Below, piece by piece: positions 1 through 13,841 of a DNA stretch of 64,000 nt (positions are counted from its first letter, which is position 1; every line of letters begins with the position of its first letter). The translations under genes and the position numbers were made by a program. The notes beneath the pieces were generated by a model. It was not told the origin of the DNA and ran no database searches. It was given only the letters and a program-made list of their open reading frames with translations. This stretch comes from Phaeosaccion multiseriatum (lineage: Eukaryota; Protista; Ochrophyta, other classes): NCBI GenBank assembly GCA_965112735.1, contig OZ218955.1:248001-312000 (forward strand). The letters are read 5' to 3'.

Positions 1-186
1 ATAAAAAAGCAGATAAGAAGAGGGCAGCAGAGAGCATGCAGGGATGGTGAGGGGGATACTGAAGAGGGGCATTAAGGCTGTGTGGGCTAGAGAAGGTGGT
101 AGTGGCGGCGGCCCCTTTTCTTTTCGAAGGGCAAGGGCAACTGCAGGTGCAATTGTTGAGACAAGAGCAGAAGGACCGACAGTGCG

Positions 187-2079
187 ATGAAGCGGTGTAG
201 GGCATCAAGAAGGAGAGAAGGAGAAGCAGGAGCAGGATCAGCAGCAGGGGGACGGACGGGATATCGCTCTCCGGTGCTCCTCTCTCTGCTCATTGTTGGT
301 TTGCACAGCTCGCCACTTGTTTCTGCCTACATCGGAGGGGCGCGCTTCTCTGTCATCGACCGCTATTGGGACACAGGTGCCGCGCCGGCGAGCAGCGGTA
401 GTGGCAACAGCAGCGGCAGCAGTGGTGCTAGCGGCCCTGGCGCCCAGCAGTTTGGTGGTGGTGGCGGCGGTGGAATCAGTACGGAGGGAAGTAGTGTCAC
501 GAACGGTGCCGGCAGCGACGGGTATGGCCCCATGGGTAGGGGAAGGCCTCCTAGCGGGGGAGGGGGGGGGGGGGGTGCAGCAGTAGGAGCAGCAGCAGCG
601 ACAGTAGTGGGAGCAGGAATAGGAGGACGAGGGGGAGCAGGCATAGGGGCACTCCAGAGTAACTCGAGCTTGCCGCGTCGAGCGAGAGCAAGAAGGCGCA
701 CCTACGCCCCAAGGGCCCTACTGCAGCGCCCCTTTGACAAAATCTACTCCTCCTCCCTTGGCGGAGTTGCGTGGGCAGAGCAGGGCGGAGGTACCACCAC
801 CGCCACCACCAGCGCCACCCCGAGCTACTACTACTCCATGTCCAAGCGGCCGCTGCGGGTCATCACGGACATCGACGATACAGTCAAATCCAGTGGGAAC
901 AAGCGGCTGGCGGGTATTCCCCTGGGGGGCGTCGATGCCCAGTACGAAAGAGGGGCCTTCTACCCCGGGGTGGCGCAATTCGCGCTGGAGCTGGCCCGGT
1001 TCGGCTCGGCCAAAGAGATTGGCCCTCTGCCAGTGGCGGTGCTCACGGCCAGAGCTCGCGAGTTCAAAGTAGCGTTGGAAATCAACGCGGAGCACCCCAT
1101 CAGCCAGAAGTTCAGGGAGACGGGGGAGAGAGAGGGGGAGGCGGGCTGGGGCATTGGCCCCGTGCTGTACGGGAGCGTCAAGGAGTGGATCATTCAGTCC
1201 GGGAAATCCGTGCGGAAATTTAGCAACTTCAAGCTGCTGATGCGCGCAGACGGGGCGTACATTGCCAGCAAGATGGGCGTGCCTCCCGCTCAGCTCAACG
1301 ACTTTCTGTCGGCCGAATGCGGCGGCACAGCGCTGTCTGCGGCTGCCCATGGGGACAAGAAGAGCAGCAACAGCGGCGGCAGTAGCGGCAGGATTAGTAT
1401 CATTGGTAGCGGCAGAAGCAGGGGCAGCCTCGCGGGAAAGACTGGGAAGAGAGCAAAGGCACACATCACAAAGGGGAAAACTCTGCTGAAGAACACGCTC
1501 AGCAAGGGCAGCCAAAGGACCCCCGGGGGGGGCTCGGGCAACACAAAGCCGCAGTCTCCCTCTCCCTCACCTTCTCCTTCCGCGGCCTTGGCCTTGGCCC
1601 GGGGGGAGAAGGAGGAGCCACCGCTCATGGCCATTTGCGACTACATCTTTATTGGAGACACGGGAGAGGGTGACGCGAAGGCCGGGGACGAGATGTGCAT
1701 CGCCTTCCCACAGGTCATGAGAGCGGTCTTTATGCACGTGGTTTCCGGGGCTGTAGACGGCTCCTCCTGCCCCACCGGGCGGACGGTGAACGGCGTGCCC
1801 GTTGTCTACTTCAAGACTTACATCGGGGCGGCTCGACAGGCCTTCAAGTTGGGGCTGATGGACCGTGAAGGACTGGATCGGGTTGTTGAGGCGGCCAAAA
1901 GAGACCTTACGGAATACTGCGAAGCAGCGTCCGAGGCCTCCGGTGGGGAGCATGTGGTGAAGAGGGAGGACTGCAGCAAGTGGCGCGACTTGCTGGACGA
2001 CATTCATCTCATACGTCAGGACGACTCCGCCTGGCCGCTGGACATTCTCACACAGACCCTCAGCGGCTTTTGGCTTTGA
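187..2079 (+). CDS. App1-like (HAD-type) phosphatidate phosphatase domain protein, intronless, with low-complexity inserts
   Basis: 630-aa ORF with VITDIDDTVKSSG (DxDxT), FYPGVAQF, VLTAR and YIFIGDTGEGD motifs. The N-terminal hydrophobic stretch VLLSLLIVGLHSSPLVSA-Y resembles a signal peptide. Confidence 0.7.
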   Translation: MKRCRASRRREGEAGAGSAAGGRTGYRSPVLLSLLIVGLHSSPLVSAYIGGARFSVIDRYWDTGAAPASSGSGNSSGSSGASGPGAQQFGGGGGGGISTEGSSVTNGAGSDGYGPMGRGRPPSGGGGGGGAAVGAAAATVVGAGIGGRGGAGIGALQSNSSLPRRARARRRTYAPRALLQRPFDKIYSSSLGGVAWAEQGGGTTTATTSATPSYYYSMSKRPLRVITDIDDTVKSSGNKRLAGIPLGGVDAQYERGAFYPGVAQFALELARFGSAKEIGPLPVAVLTARAREFKVALEINAEHPISQKFRETGEREGEAGWGIGPVLYGSVKEWIIQSGKSVRKFSNFKLLMRADGAYIASKMGVPPAQLNDFLSAECGGTALSAAAHGDKKSSNSGGSSGRISIIGSGRSRGSLAGKTGKRAKAHITKGKTLLKNTLSKGSQRTPGGGSGNTKPQSPSPSPSPSAALALARGEKEEPPLMAICDYIFIGDTGEGDAKAGDEMCIAFPQVMRAVFMHVVSGAVDGSSCPTGRTVNGVPVVYFKTYIGAARQAFKLGLMDREGLDRVVEAAKRDLTEYCEAASEASGGEHVVKREDCSKWRDLLDDIHLIRQDDSAWPLDILTQTLSGFWL

Positions 2080-2826
2080 CACCTTGGGCACTCGGCTTGC
2101 GGCACGGGTTGATATATTGAGACCAAGAGAGAGATGGATGATGGGAGAGGAGAGCGGGTTGATCTGTTGAGACCAAGAGAGAGATGATGATGATGATGGG
2201 AGAGGAGAGGAGAGCTCTGGTGCATTGCTTTGTCTTGTTTGTTGACAAAACAAGGGAATGATGACACTGTGAAATGAGCAGGGAAAAGGGAAGGAGAAAG
2301 GAGGAAGGAGAGGAGAGGAGAGGAGGCGTGAGCGATCGAAGCGTCAGCCGCTGCCGAAGGTTGTATTTATTGGTAAGAGAGGGAGGACGGGTTGATCGAG
2401 TGGGAGTTGGGCAAGAGTTAGTCAAGTAGACGGAGACGGGGAAGAGCTAGTAGTCAAGTAGATGGTTGTACCACCCTACGAGTGGCATAGTCGGCCCCAC
2501 CGCCACTCATATTCTTTCACTTGAAGAGATGTTGTTTCGGTGGTCAAAGCAAAGGACGCAGAGAGCATGTATAAAAACGTAAGGAGCGCATGTATAGAAG
2601 CGCGAATTAGTACCCGAATTAGTACCCACAGATGAATGACAACACGACGAGAACCAAAGCGCCGCCCGTCGACTGACTGAGAAGAGAGTGTTATGGTGAT
2701 GGAGCGTGTATTTGGTATTTAGTCTATTTAGTCAGTAAGAAAGGAGGAAGAAAGGAAGGCTCAACCAACCGCTACTTCAAAGCCAAAGCCCCCAGGCCTT
2801 CCCTCCCACGGGCCGGTCAATCAATG

Positions 2827-3590
2827 TCAGGGCCCGAAGCGGGACTTCTTGGTTGGCCGTGTGGTTGTACTTGTCGTCGTCGTCGCCAAACCCGAAGACG
2901 CGCCAACAAGCGCCTGTTCCGCGCTGCCGTGCCCCTGCCCCTGCCCCTTGCCTGTGCTGGAGACTGGCGGGGGCTGTAGGTGAGGCGGTAGAGCGGGTGG
3001 TGGGTTGAGGCTTTGCGTTGGAGGAGGGCGGGCCGCCACAGCAAATCTCGCTGCGATCTGAGCCGCTCGTGTTGCGGCGGCGGAAGGGGCTGCCCCCCCT
3101 GAGAGATTACCGCCGGGTACACTACCACCAACCCCTCCTCCGAGGCGCGCCCTCGCTGCTACCGCTGCCGCTGCCGCTGCTGCCGCCCCCCCGCCCCCGC
3201 CCCCTGTCACTGCTGCCGCTGCCGCTGCCGCCGCAGCCGCCGCCGCCGCCGCGCCGCTTTGTTGCCCCCCCCCGCCCCACTTGCTAGTCCTGGCATTGCC
3301 ACTAACCCCACTAACCCCACCCCCCCGTCCCCCTGCTCCAGACGCCAAGGCAGGAGGGGCCTCCCCCCCCGCGCTCCTGCCCCACAAGTTGGTCCGCCGC
3401 CGGGAGGCACTGCCACCGCCCACGGCAGCCGCAGCCGCAGCAGCAGCAGCGACGGCAGCAGAAGCCGCGGATGCAGAAGCAGAGGCAGGCACTACAGGCA
3501 GGCCCGTAGAAAGTCTCCCTCCTACGCCCTGAGCGGCACCAACCCCAGCACCAGCAACCCCCCCCCCGCCTCCTCCTCCTCCTCCTCCTC

Positions 3591-3624
<34 letters not shown>

Positions 3625-4698
3625 CCTGCTGCCATGGCCATGCTGCGGTAAATGCTGCCTAAGCATGGCTGTGGTGCTCGCCGTGGCGGCTGCCTTGTGC
3701 CTGGAGGCCTGTTCCTCCTGTATCTGCTGCTGCGCCGCCGCCTGCGCCGCACGCTTGCTCGCAATCAAGAGCGCGTCGTGGAAGTCCTCCGCCTCGTACC
3801 CCAGAGGGTCGAACAGCGCCTTGGGGTAGTTGCTCTGCTTGTCCTTCACCTTGAAGTGCTCGCAAATCTTGCCCAACATACCTGGGTTGCCGTACTCCCT
3901 CTTGGCCCTGACGCTGCTGGTAAAGTCGAGCCCGTCCGCCCGCTGTTTGGCCGCCTCCAGGAACTGCGTCACGTTGGCCTGCGTCTTGGGTTTGACCTTG
4001 CCGTGCTTGGGCTCCTTGGGCACCATGTGCCTGTACCTCTTATCGATGATGTCGTACTCTTCTGGCTCCTCACCCTCCCCATCGCCCCCCCCCGCCCCGC
4101 CTTCCTCCATCGGCACAGTCGTCTGCCTCTGCCTCTGCCCCCCCCCTTCTTCAGCCCCAAGCGCCGTAGATTGTACTCGCTGGGAAGAGCTCCCCGCAGA
4201 TCCTCCTATTGGCGTTGCGCGACTACCGCCGCTCTCGCCCTTTCCATTCGTCTGTCCATGGCAAGCAAGCACCCCTGTTTGCTTCCCCCTCCCGTCACCC
4301 TCCCCCTCTTCGTCCGTCGTCGTGCCCACTGCTACATTTACAAGGGAGCCGTCCGCTCCTGCCGCTCCCCGACCTTTACTAACCACTACTACTCCTCCCT
4401 GCTTTTTTATTGTTTCACACTCAGAGCCGGCCCGCAAAATCCCTGATGCCGGTGATACCGTTGCCCCACTTTTCCCTCCAGGCACCTGGTGCCGCTGCTG
4501 CGCACGCCCTTCCTTCTCTTTGCCCAAAGCATCCACAACACGCCCCCCATCCTGAAGCGGAGACTTGTTCTGCTCCTCGTTGTCCGAGTGATGCAGCCCA
4601 TTGAACTGCGGCCCTCCCTCCTCTCCCTCCGAGCTGTCGTGATCCTCCTCCCCGCTGTGGTCGGACCCGTACCCGCCCAGCCCCAGCAAGGAGCTCAT
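2827..4698 (-). CDS. SAP30BP: SAP30-binding protein / HCNGP-like protein, intronless
   Basis: N-terminal acidic LLGLGGYGSD; HCNGP core FTSSVRAKREYGNPGMLGKICEHFKVKDKQSNYPKALFDP; C-terminal KKSRF; Ala/Gly homopolymers. Confidence 0.8.
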
Positions 4699-5062
4699 CC
4701 TCAGCAGCTACGTCTTCTCCGGCTGCACCTGCTCAGTGACAAGTGACAAGACCCTACCGCCCCATGGGTAGCGGGGTCGATCGCTAGAGATGGATTGAGG
4801 GAGCTCGCTCCAGAAAAATTTGGGAGATTACGGGTATCCCCCCGGGGGCGGATTTGTTTGCTTTAACGTTTTCGGCAGATCGGAGAGAGAGAGAGAAGGG
4901 AGTGTAGCGTGTGAGATCTACCTCTGCTGTCCTCTACTCGGAGAGCACCTTCTGCTGCTTCTCGTGTTGCTCCTGCTTTGGCTCTGTACTTCCTTCCATT
5001 ACCACCCTCGTCCCCGTTGGCCAGGCTTATCCTTCCCGGAGACAAAGGGAGGTAGGGCAATC

Positions 5063-6783
5063 ATGGGCGACTCTGCGTATAGCTTCTCGCTCACAACCTT
5101 CAGTCGGTCGGGAAAGCTTCTGCAGATCGAGTATGCACTCAACGCAGTGGCAGAGGGCAAGACATCACTTGGAATCAAGGGTAAGAGGAGGGGAGGAAGG
5201 GAGGAGAGAACAAATGAGATTGAGGGAGACACGGGACTTGGACGGAGCGAGTTTTGGGCCATGAATGATGGCAGAGAATAGGCTTCGCTTGGTTTCACTC
5301 TCTAACTTGTTGTCGGCGGCCGCGACGTCTGAAGGGGGGGAGGAGTGGGTGTAGGCGGGGGCCGGCGGGGTGGAAAGGAAGCCCTTGTTGGTCCCATCCT
5401 TTGGGTAGATGCAAGAGGAATGGGGCGGTAGATGTAAGCGAGATGGGGCGTTTGGCACGCTCGTAGGACCGAAGTGCAGCATTTTCCAGCAGGGTGTGAT
5501 GCTGCTGATTTGCCTCTTGCTTATTGAAGGGAAGCCACCTCTCTCTAGCACTCACTGTTTGTCGCTGTCGTCGTCTGCAGAACCTTGTAATGGACTGCTA
5601 CTTCACCTTTATACGCTGCTGCTCGCGTCGCATCGCCATGCTGCCTCCTATGAGCTGCTCTCTCTTTGCCTCCGCCTCCTCCTTCTCAAACCCTCTTCAT
5701 CACTCACCATCTACACCACCCTCCCCTCGTGCCACTGTGCACCCATTGACCCACCCTGTGCCCCGCGTAAACACGCCCGCTGCAGCCACCAACGGCGTGG
5801 TGCTAGTGACGGAGAAGAAGCTCCCCTCAGTGCTGGTGGACGAGACCGCCGTTGCGCGGGCCTCCCTCGTCACCCCCACCACGGGCTTTGTTTTCAGCGG
5901 CGTTGGGCCCGACTACCGCGTTCTGGTGCGCAAGAGTCGGAAGCGAGCGCAGGCCTACTTTAACATGTACAGGGAGGTTCAACCCGTGCATATGCTGGTC
6001 AAGGACGTGGCGGGGGTGATGCAGGAGTTTACTCAGAGTGGCGGCGTGCGGCCGTTCGGCGTGTCACTACTGGTGGCGGGGTATGATGACGACGGACCTC
6101 AGCTCTATCAGGTGGACCCCAGTGGGGCCTACTTTGGGTGGAAGGCCACGGCTATTGGCAAGAAGTTTATGAGCGCCAAGAGCTTTCTGGAGAAGCGGTA
6201 CAATGAGGTGAGGAGACAGGAGGAGGAGGAGGAGGAGGAGGAGGAGGAGAGGCGAGGAGTAGCAAGAATACGAGAGATTTCGTCTTGGGCTTGATTTTGA
6301 TTTGCCCCCCTCCCCCCTTTTGAGATGGAGAGACGGAGTGTCTGGTTGGAGATGGGCGCGGAAGGCGGCGGGGTTAGTGGTCATGCCCTTCTAGCTGAAT
6401 GTGTGAGCTCTACTGCCTCCCTCCCTTCCTTTGCCGCACGTATATAGACTCGGTCGAGTAAACGAACCAACCCCACCTTACTCCCTCCCGCCTGTGAGGG
6501 GTTCTTCTTCCTTGCTGCCTGCCAGACCCCACCCCCCACTGACGCCGTTTCTTCGCTCTCTCGGTCCTCATGTTTGGACATGCCGTATGTACATGTACTT
6601 TCACAAATGGCACAGGAGATGGAGCTGGACGACGCCATCCACACGGCTCTGCTAACAATGCGCGAGGGCTTCGACAGAGAGATGAATGAGCACAACATTG
6701 AAGTGGCGGTGGTGGGGGAGGACAGGAAGATGCGCATCCTCACGCCACAGGAGATTAAGGACTACTTGGACGAGGCCATGTAG
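5063..6783 (+). CDS. PSMA2: 20S proteasome subunit alpha type-2 (3 exons: 5063-5180, 5786-6207, 6616-6783)
   Basis: [60 protein letters not shown]; GT-AG junctions join in frame. Confidence 0.97.
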
Positions 6784-8366
6784 AAAGAGAGAGAGCGACT
6801 AGGGAGGAGAAGGAATGAGAGAGACCAGAGAGGAGATGGATGTGGATGTGAGAGAGGGGAGGAAGGAGGTCGTCCTGCTTGACTTGTTCCGACCAGAGAG
6901 GCGAGAGAGCAAGTGAGATGGGAGGGAGAGAGTGATGAGAGATTCCTCGCTTCTTCCATACTCATTCGGTGGGGCGGGACTTCCGAGTGCAGCCCATGGA
7001 GGCATATGGGGAGGGACCATGTGGCCGCAGCAGAGGTGGCGAGGCTTGACAGTCAGCTGTGAAGGGGGGCGTGGGGTTTGGTGTGGGATGTGGGCCGTTT
7101 ATGCGGTCGACCTTCTGCCAGCTCCTGCACCTTCGGTCATTCCCTCTGGAGTGAGTTGAGCGCATTCCGTGGGGGGCGAGTTCTGTGGGCGTGAGGGCGG
7201 CGTCTGCCCGTTGCACGCATGCCCCCACACCACATGGGTTGATGGTGATTAATTAGGCTTGCAAAATAACATGACCAGAAACCCAAAAGCAGATCAAAAG
7301 CAAGCAACAGGGTCCACCATGGCTCAGCTGTGTTAGGAATGGTGTCTATTTTCAAAGTCGAGCAGTAGGTCTGTATGTATATCGGATGTACTATCCGACA
7401 CACATATCGAGGCCCAACCCTCTCGGGATGGCCCCTCCCTCTCCATTGTCCTTCTATTGGATCACCAACTGCTCCACCTGTGGCTGCTCTGTTGCTGCTG
7501 GTCTGCTTGCCCCCCTCGACATGTCTGTGCGCTCAAAAGTCGCGCGATATTAGAATGGGTACTCAGTGCCCCGAGAGAGCAGCAGCAGCAGGGACTCAGT
7601 GAGGAGAGAGAGGAAGGAAAGAGAGGGACGAGCAGCATCAAGCCAACCGAAAGAAAAGGAGCAGCAATCAACAGATCCGGCAAGACAGACACACTCATTG
7701 CCGCTCTGGTGGAGTTGCGCCTCTTGTTTCGTGGTTGGGTCATTGTTCGTCCCCCTTCGGTCATTGTTCGTCCCCCTTCCATCCACTACAGCCTCTCTTA
7801 CCCTCATACACACAGCACAGCACCGCCGACCTTGACGTCCCACTATCCCAGCTCGCCAACCGCCAAGGCCAGCCCTGGGGAGGTGCCCATCCATCACGAC
7901 GTCACCACCTCCTTGGACTGTACCCCCCCCCGGCTCGAAGTCCACTACCCCAATTTGGGTCCTTGTCGCTCGGTACCCAAGCAGGCACAGGTCCCGCGCA
8001 ATGCAGTGCCAAACACCCGACGACGATGGCGAGTGCCGCCTGCTGCCATCTGCCCGTCTGTCGTGCCGGAGGCTAGGAGGGAGGTTACAGAAAACAAACA
8101 CAGAGAGCTCTCCCCTGTTCGACTTGATGTTATCGTCGCTCGCTCTCCTGCCTCGTATGCCAAGGACCGAAGCACCAACATGTTCATGGGACAGGGCGCT
8201 CATTCCACTTGTCTGATGCTTGGACCCTCGGCATGAGTCAGACAGGCGAGCGCCTCGACTTCCAACAGCAGTCAGGTGGGCTCACTGATGCGATCGTCCA
8301 GGAATGGCGCCAAAGGCACTAACGCACGCAAGCAAGCACGACACCTGCGCGGGGAACGTGCGTACG

Positions 8367-8421
<55 letters not shown>

Positions 8422-8484
8422 CTCCACCCTATCATTCGCCATACCCTCAAGGCTGAACCTGGGCTGACTATCCAGCCTAGGCCC

Positions 8485-11400
8485 CTAGGCCCCTGGCTTG
8501 ACCGCCTTGGGCCCCGTGGGCATGATCTCACCAGACCTCTCGAGCTCTCCTCTGAAGTAGTCAATAGTGGCGCGGATGCCCTCCTTCACGTCCACGCGAG
8601 GCTGCCACTGGAGGTGCTCCTTGGCCACGCCGATGTCCGGCCTGGGGGGGAGACGGGTTGGGGGGGGGGGTAGTAGAGGCATACGGGGATGGATATTAGA
8701 GGCATATGGGGGGCATGGCATTGATACGCGTCTTCCGAAGCGGAGGAGACCAAAAAAGGAGGGCAATACAGGCCTCCCCTCTGCCTCATCCTTCAGTTCA
8801 GAGTTTCAGTTCAGTCCCTTCAGTTCAGAGTTTCAGTTCAGTCCACAGTTCACCTGCGCTGGCGGGGGTCGTCTTCTGTGGCAGGGAGGTACACAATCCT
8901 GCTCTTGGACCCCTGGGGTACATAGACAGGCATACAGACACAAAGATTGATGGACAGGCACATCGTAGGCACGTGAGGTCATGTACAGCCAGGCAGAGCA
9001 GGCATACGGACAGGCACGTACGCACGCGCGCGCACACACACACACACGCATCCCTCCTCCTCACTGCACTGAAACTGACCGTCATTTCCTTGACGAGCTC
9101 CGCGAAGGTGCTGACGGTGTACTCCTCGGGGTTGCCGATGTTAACGGGCTGCGAGTAGTCGCTGTTCATCAGAGACACCAGGCCCTCCACTAGGTCATCC
9201 ACGTACTGTCGTATTCGATATCCCATGTAGAGGCGAAGAAATAGAGGTCGAATAAGACAAGAGAGATGAAGATACACTGCTTCGCTTCGATTCGAGAGGG
9301 ACGCTTGAGAGAGCATTCATGTATGTAGGAAGGCACTGTATGGCACGAGCAGCAGAGAAGCTCGAGGCACCGTGACTGACTGACAGACGGACTGACTGAC
9401 TGACTGACTGACGGACACCAGGCACCGACTGACTGCACACTCACCTGGAAGGACCTTGTCTGCTGCCCCGTCCCGTAGATGGTAATGTCCTTCCCCTGCA
9501 GGGCCTGGATGATGAAGTTGCTCACCACCCGCCCGTCGTTGGGGTGCATGCGGGGCCCAAACGTGTTGAAGATGCGAGCCACTCGCACCTCAAGGTTCTC
9601 CTGCCGCTCGTAAGCGTACATCATCTGGTGATTCACAGATGGCAGTGAGGGGGGAGGGGAGGGAGGGAGTGAGCGGGTGAGTGAGTTAGAGAGTGGGCAA
9701 AACTCTCTTCTCTCACACACATACACGTACGCACGCAGGTCTTACCGTCTCTGCCACCCTCTTCCCTTCATCGTAGCACGCCCTGGGCCCGATTGGGTTC
9801 ACGTGCCCCCAATACGTCTCCTTCTGGGGATGCTGCTCGGGATCGCCATAGACCTTTGGGTATGGGGCACAAGTGATTGATACATGGGGTACGGGGTATG
9901 GGCGTAGTTGACAACGACGGGGGAGAGGGGGGGGGTGAGAGCTCGTCAGATGCCCAATGAGAGGCAGTGGGATCGGCCCGATGGAGCGACAAGGACTCCG
10001 ATTCCGCATGCTGCCATTGTACATACACCAGGGGGCATCGTCCCCTCCCCCCTTCCCAGGGGGGCTTCCCAGGGCTAATGATAACATCATGCTTCTTCCG
10101 TGCCCACCTCTGAGGTGGAGGTGAGCAACATCCTCGACATCGTCCGCTTGGCTAGGCCCAGCATGTTCAAAGTGCCTAAGGGGGGTAGGGAGGGGCACAG
10201 GGAGGGAGGAGGAGGAGGAGGAGGAGGAGGAGGAGGAGGAGGAGGAGGAGGAGGAGGAGGAGGAGGAGGAGGAGGAGGAGGTGGCGGTGGAGACAGATGC
10301 ATGCACGAACTTGTGTGTGAGACGAGCGCAGTCGCCAATTGTGATTCCGTTGGCGAGAGAGACTGCAGCTGACACTCGACAAGCAAACGACAAATGAATC
10401 ACAAATGACAAATGCCAAACAGTGAACACACACATGCCGCACCTTGCGTTGAGGTCTTGATGGTCTTGATGGGGTTGAATTGGTAGTGGGGGGGTGAGGC
10501 CGGACACGCCAGGTGGTAGATCTGGTCGATCTCGAGCTGCGTGCAGATGGCAGCAGATGGATGGGGGAAAGCGGCCCGACACGGGAGAGGTTAGGTAAGG
10601 CGGATGGCGATGGCCGCCCTCCATTGCGTTGTGAGGCATGCATCACCCCCTTTGCCCCACTGCCGCTCCAGCCAAAGCCAAAGCCAAAGCCAGTACAGTA
10701 CAGTACAGCACGGCACACAGCAGCACGGTACGGCCAAGCCCAAGGAAGGGGGCTGAAACGAGCCCAACGCTCGACTCGGCACTTGGTGTCACTAAGCGAA
10801 AGCCTCGAGTCAGTGGCAGTGGCAGTGTGCGCGTTCGCGCTAGTACTGTGAACTGCAGCTCCCTCCCTCTCTCTCTCACCCCCCTCCCTCCCTCTCTCTC
10901 TCACCCTCCTCCCTCCCCTCCCTCCCTCCCCTCCCCGCCCTCGCTCCCTCCCTCCCCTCCCTCACCAGGATAGGGTTGACGACATCGTGAACGATGAGTT
11001 GGAAGTTTGGATGTCCCAGCCAGTGGTGTACATTCTGCTTCCTGCCGGTGAACATGTTGTCCACAACTATCACCTCGTGCCCCTGCTGCATCAGGCGGTC
11101 GGTCTGACGAACACATACATACACATACACAGAGAGAGACAGATATTCACACAAAGACACACACACACACCACACAACACAAATACACACGCACACGCAC
11201 ACAGACGCACACACACATGCGTCATTGGTTGGTCGTCGCCAACGCAGGGAAGGGCAACAAAAGAAAAGGAAGACGAAGAAGCAGACGGCCTGTCCCCACC
11301 AGATGGTCCTTGATGGTGTGCTTCCCCCCCCCCTCCCTTCTTACCAAGTGCGATCCCACGAAGCCCGCCCCGCCTGTGATGAGTATGCGCTTCCTCTCCT

Positions 11401-11679
11401 TCTCGGACAGGGTGATGGTGGGAGGGTATACGAGTTTGCCTCCATCGCCGTCGCCATCTCCCTTGAACACAGCCGACAGGTGGTCCATCTGCCAAGCCAG
11501 CAGCAGCAGTTGGTGATAAAGCCGCAGCAGCAGTAGCAGAGCAGCAGGAGGATGATGAGGAGGAGGGGCAGTGGATGGCAGTGGATGTAGAGAAAGGAGG
11601 AGGGTTGGGGTCATGGCTAGAGTTGAGAACCGCGGCGCAGCAGACGTGACCGTGTCAATTGCTGTCCTCTCTCTCTCTG

Positions 11680-11745
<66 letters not shown>

Positions 11746-12385
11746 ACCTCACTGTGCAGGATCTTTTGTATTTGCCTCTGTACTTCCCTGTTCACTTGCT
11801 CTTGGCTCACGATTTCCGAAGGGGAAAACCACATCTGCGCGGGGAGAGAGGGACAGCGGCGGAGAGCATGTGCGTATTGCACCAGTGCTGCATTGTCAGG
11901 GTAGGGTAGGGGTCTCGTCCGTGGCGTTTCCCAGTTGAAAGAATTAGCTCGCGCTGACTGCCGCTTTTGCTTGGCGTACACTCGCAAACTCCAATCCACT
12001 CTTGTACCAAGGGGGGCTAATAATGTACCTGGTAAAGAATGAACGTAAGACATACTCCCAGCAGACCTACAAGCGTTCGGTTTCCTTTTGTGTATCGAAG
12101 CAGAAAGAGAGAGAAGCGAGGAAGACGGAGGGGGAAGAAGGGACGGTGGGGTTGCAGGTATCAAGGGGGGGGGAAGGGAAAGGCATTGAGCGATGAGAAG
12201 GAGTAGAGAGGGGTGCTGGATATGTCTCGGGCGTACAAGTACAAGAGACATGGAGCAGCAAGAAAACCAAGGCAGATGGACTAGGCATGAAGTATCGATT
12301 CACGATGCCACTGCGCCACGCATACGATACGCGAGACCTGCGCCTTACCTATTACCATGCCGTGGTGCTGCTGCCCGGGCCTCAT
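8485..12385 (-). CDS. UXS1: UDP-glucuronate decarboxylase (UDP-xylose synthase), membrane-anchored type, ~12 exons
   Basis: [86 protein letters not shown]. The small 5' exons give [25 protein letters not shown] (TM anchor). Confidence 0.95.
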
Positions 12386-12625
12386 GCTCTGATGTGCTGC
12401 CTTTGTTCCCTCCAGGCAAAATAAGCTGCTGCTGCTTTTGGTTTCGCTCCTACTACCTCTGTTTTTTCTCCTGATCCCGAGGCGGATGCTGATTAGAAGC
12501 TAAACATGATGATAGAGAAGGAGAGAGAGAGAGAAATGGGAGGGAAGAAGAGAGAGGGAGGGAGGGGGGAGGTGTGAATGGAAAAATTATCGACCTGATC
12601 GACATACGAAGTCGAGCTCTGTGTT

Positions 12626-12787
12626 CCTCTAGACTGGAGTCGGCCTCCTGTGGAAAGTCACTCGTTCCGCCTGATTACAGTAATCCGGGGGCGGCCATAA
12701 TCAGTAATCAGGCCCGGCTCCATAATCAGTAATCAGGCCGGCTGTAATCAGTAATCAGATAACCTTGTCCAGGGCCGATTAGAGGGG
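12626..12787. repeat. Cluster of TAATCAG repeats inside imperfect inverted ends (possible degenerate MITE or cis-element)
   Basis: Direct TAATCAG at 12698, 12705, 12723, 12730, 12745 and 12752, plus an inverted copy at 12671. The ends cctcta..tcggcc and ggccga.tagagg are partly complementary. Confidence 0.5.
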
Positions 12788-13799
12788 TTTTTCATATTAC
12801 AATTTGATTCAATGATTGTTGATGTGTGTTATGTACGCCCCCCCCCCTCTCCGCCCCCCCCACACCCTGCTGCGCCCCTCGCGGGCAGAATACTAACAAC
12901 GACCGCGTGTCAAGAAGGGAGTGGGAGAGAGAGAAGAGAGCATCCTGCCTCGTCTACTCACACCCTCCTGCTGCTGCCTTCTGGTGCCTTCCTGTCCATC
13001 ATCGTCATCACCAGCCGAGGCGGCCCTGAGCGTCGAAGCTCCGCCCTCTGTCCCTCCTCCCAGCCACGCCCTGACTACACGCTCATTCTTCATTATTCAT
13101 TCTTCATTCTTCACTGGAGCGTGTCAAAAAGCCTTTCTTCCTCCGTCCCTCCCTCCCTCCCTCCCACTCGTGCCAAAGCTAACAGAGGAGAGGGGCCGCA
13201 ACATCATCCAGCACGCTGCTGACGCGAGCTGCCGCTACTGCTGCTGCTGCTCCTGCTGCTCCTGCTGCTCCTGCTGCTGTATCACCAACTACTGCTGCGG
13301 GTCGCCGAGGCGCCTCTTCACACACACACACACACACCTCTCCCCCACTTTGGTCTCTCTCCGGCGGCTGCTCCCATATGCCTCCTATATACCTCCCATA
13401 TGCCTGGGTGATGCCCTGCCCCGCCCCGCCTAGTCAAACACGCACACCTTTGCCGGCCCACAAGGCAAGAAAAGGCGAAAAAGGTGCCAATCTCCTCTCC
13501 CGTCAGAAGTGCTCACCAATACAAAAAAACAAATGGTGGAGGGCTGGCAGGCGCCAAGGGGAGAGGGAAGGGGGGGACGGAGAATGAGGGAAGGGGGGAA
13601 AGAGGGGAAGGAGGATGAGGATCGTGTAGACGATACAGAAGTGTAGACGATACCAGAACGAACGAACATGGAATGGAAGAGCCACACCAGGCAGACAGAA
13701 AGCATCCCCAACCCCGGCCTCACTGCCCAAGCCACTCAAACATCTGTACGGTGCGCCAATCACTGAGTTCGTGCTGCTTCACAAACACACGCACACACA

Positions 13800-13841
<42 letters not shown>

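Noticed and set aside
7457-8340. ORFs between PSMA2 and UXS1, including a short signal-peptide-like minus-strand frame (QQAALAIVVGCLALHCAG)
   Set aside because: No recognisable domain or clean gene model; probably 3' UTR or intergenic. A small gene cannot be fully excluded.
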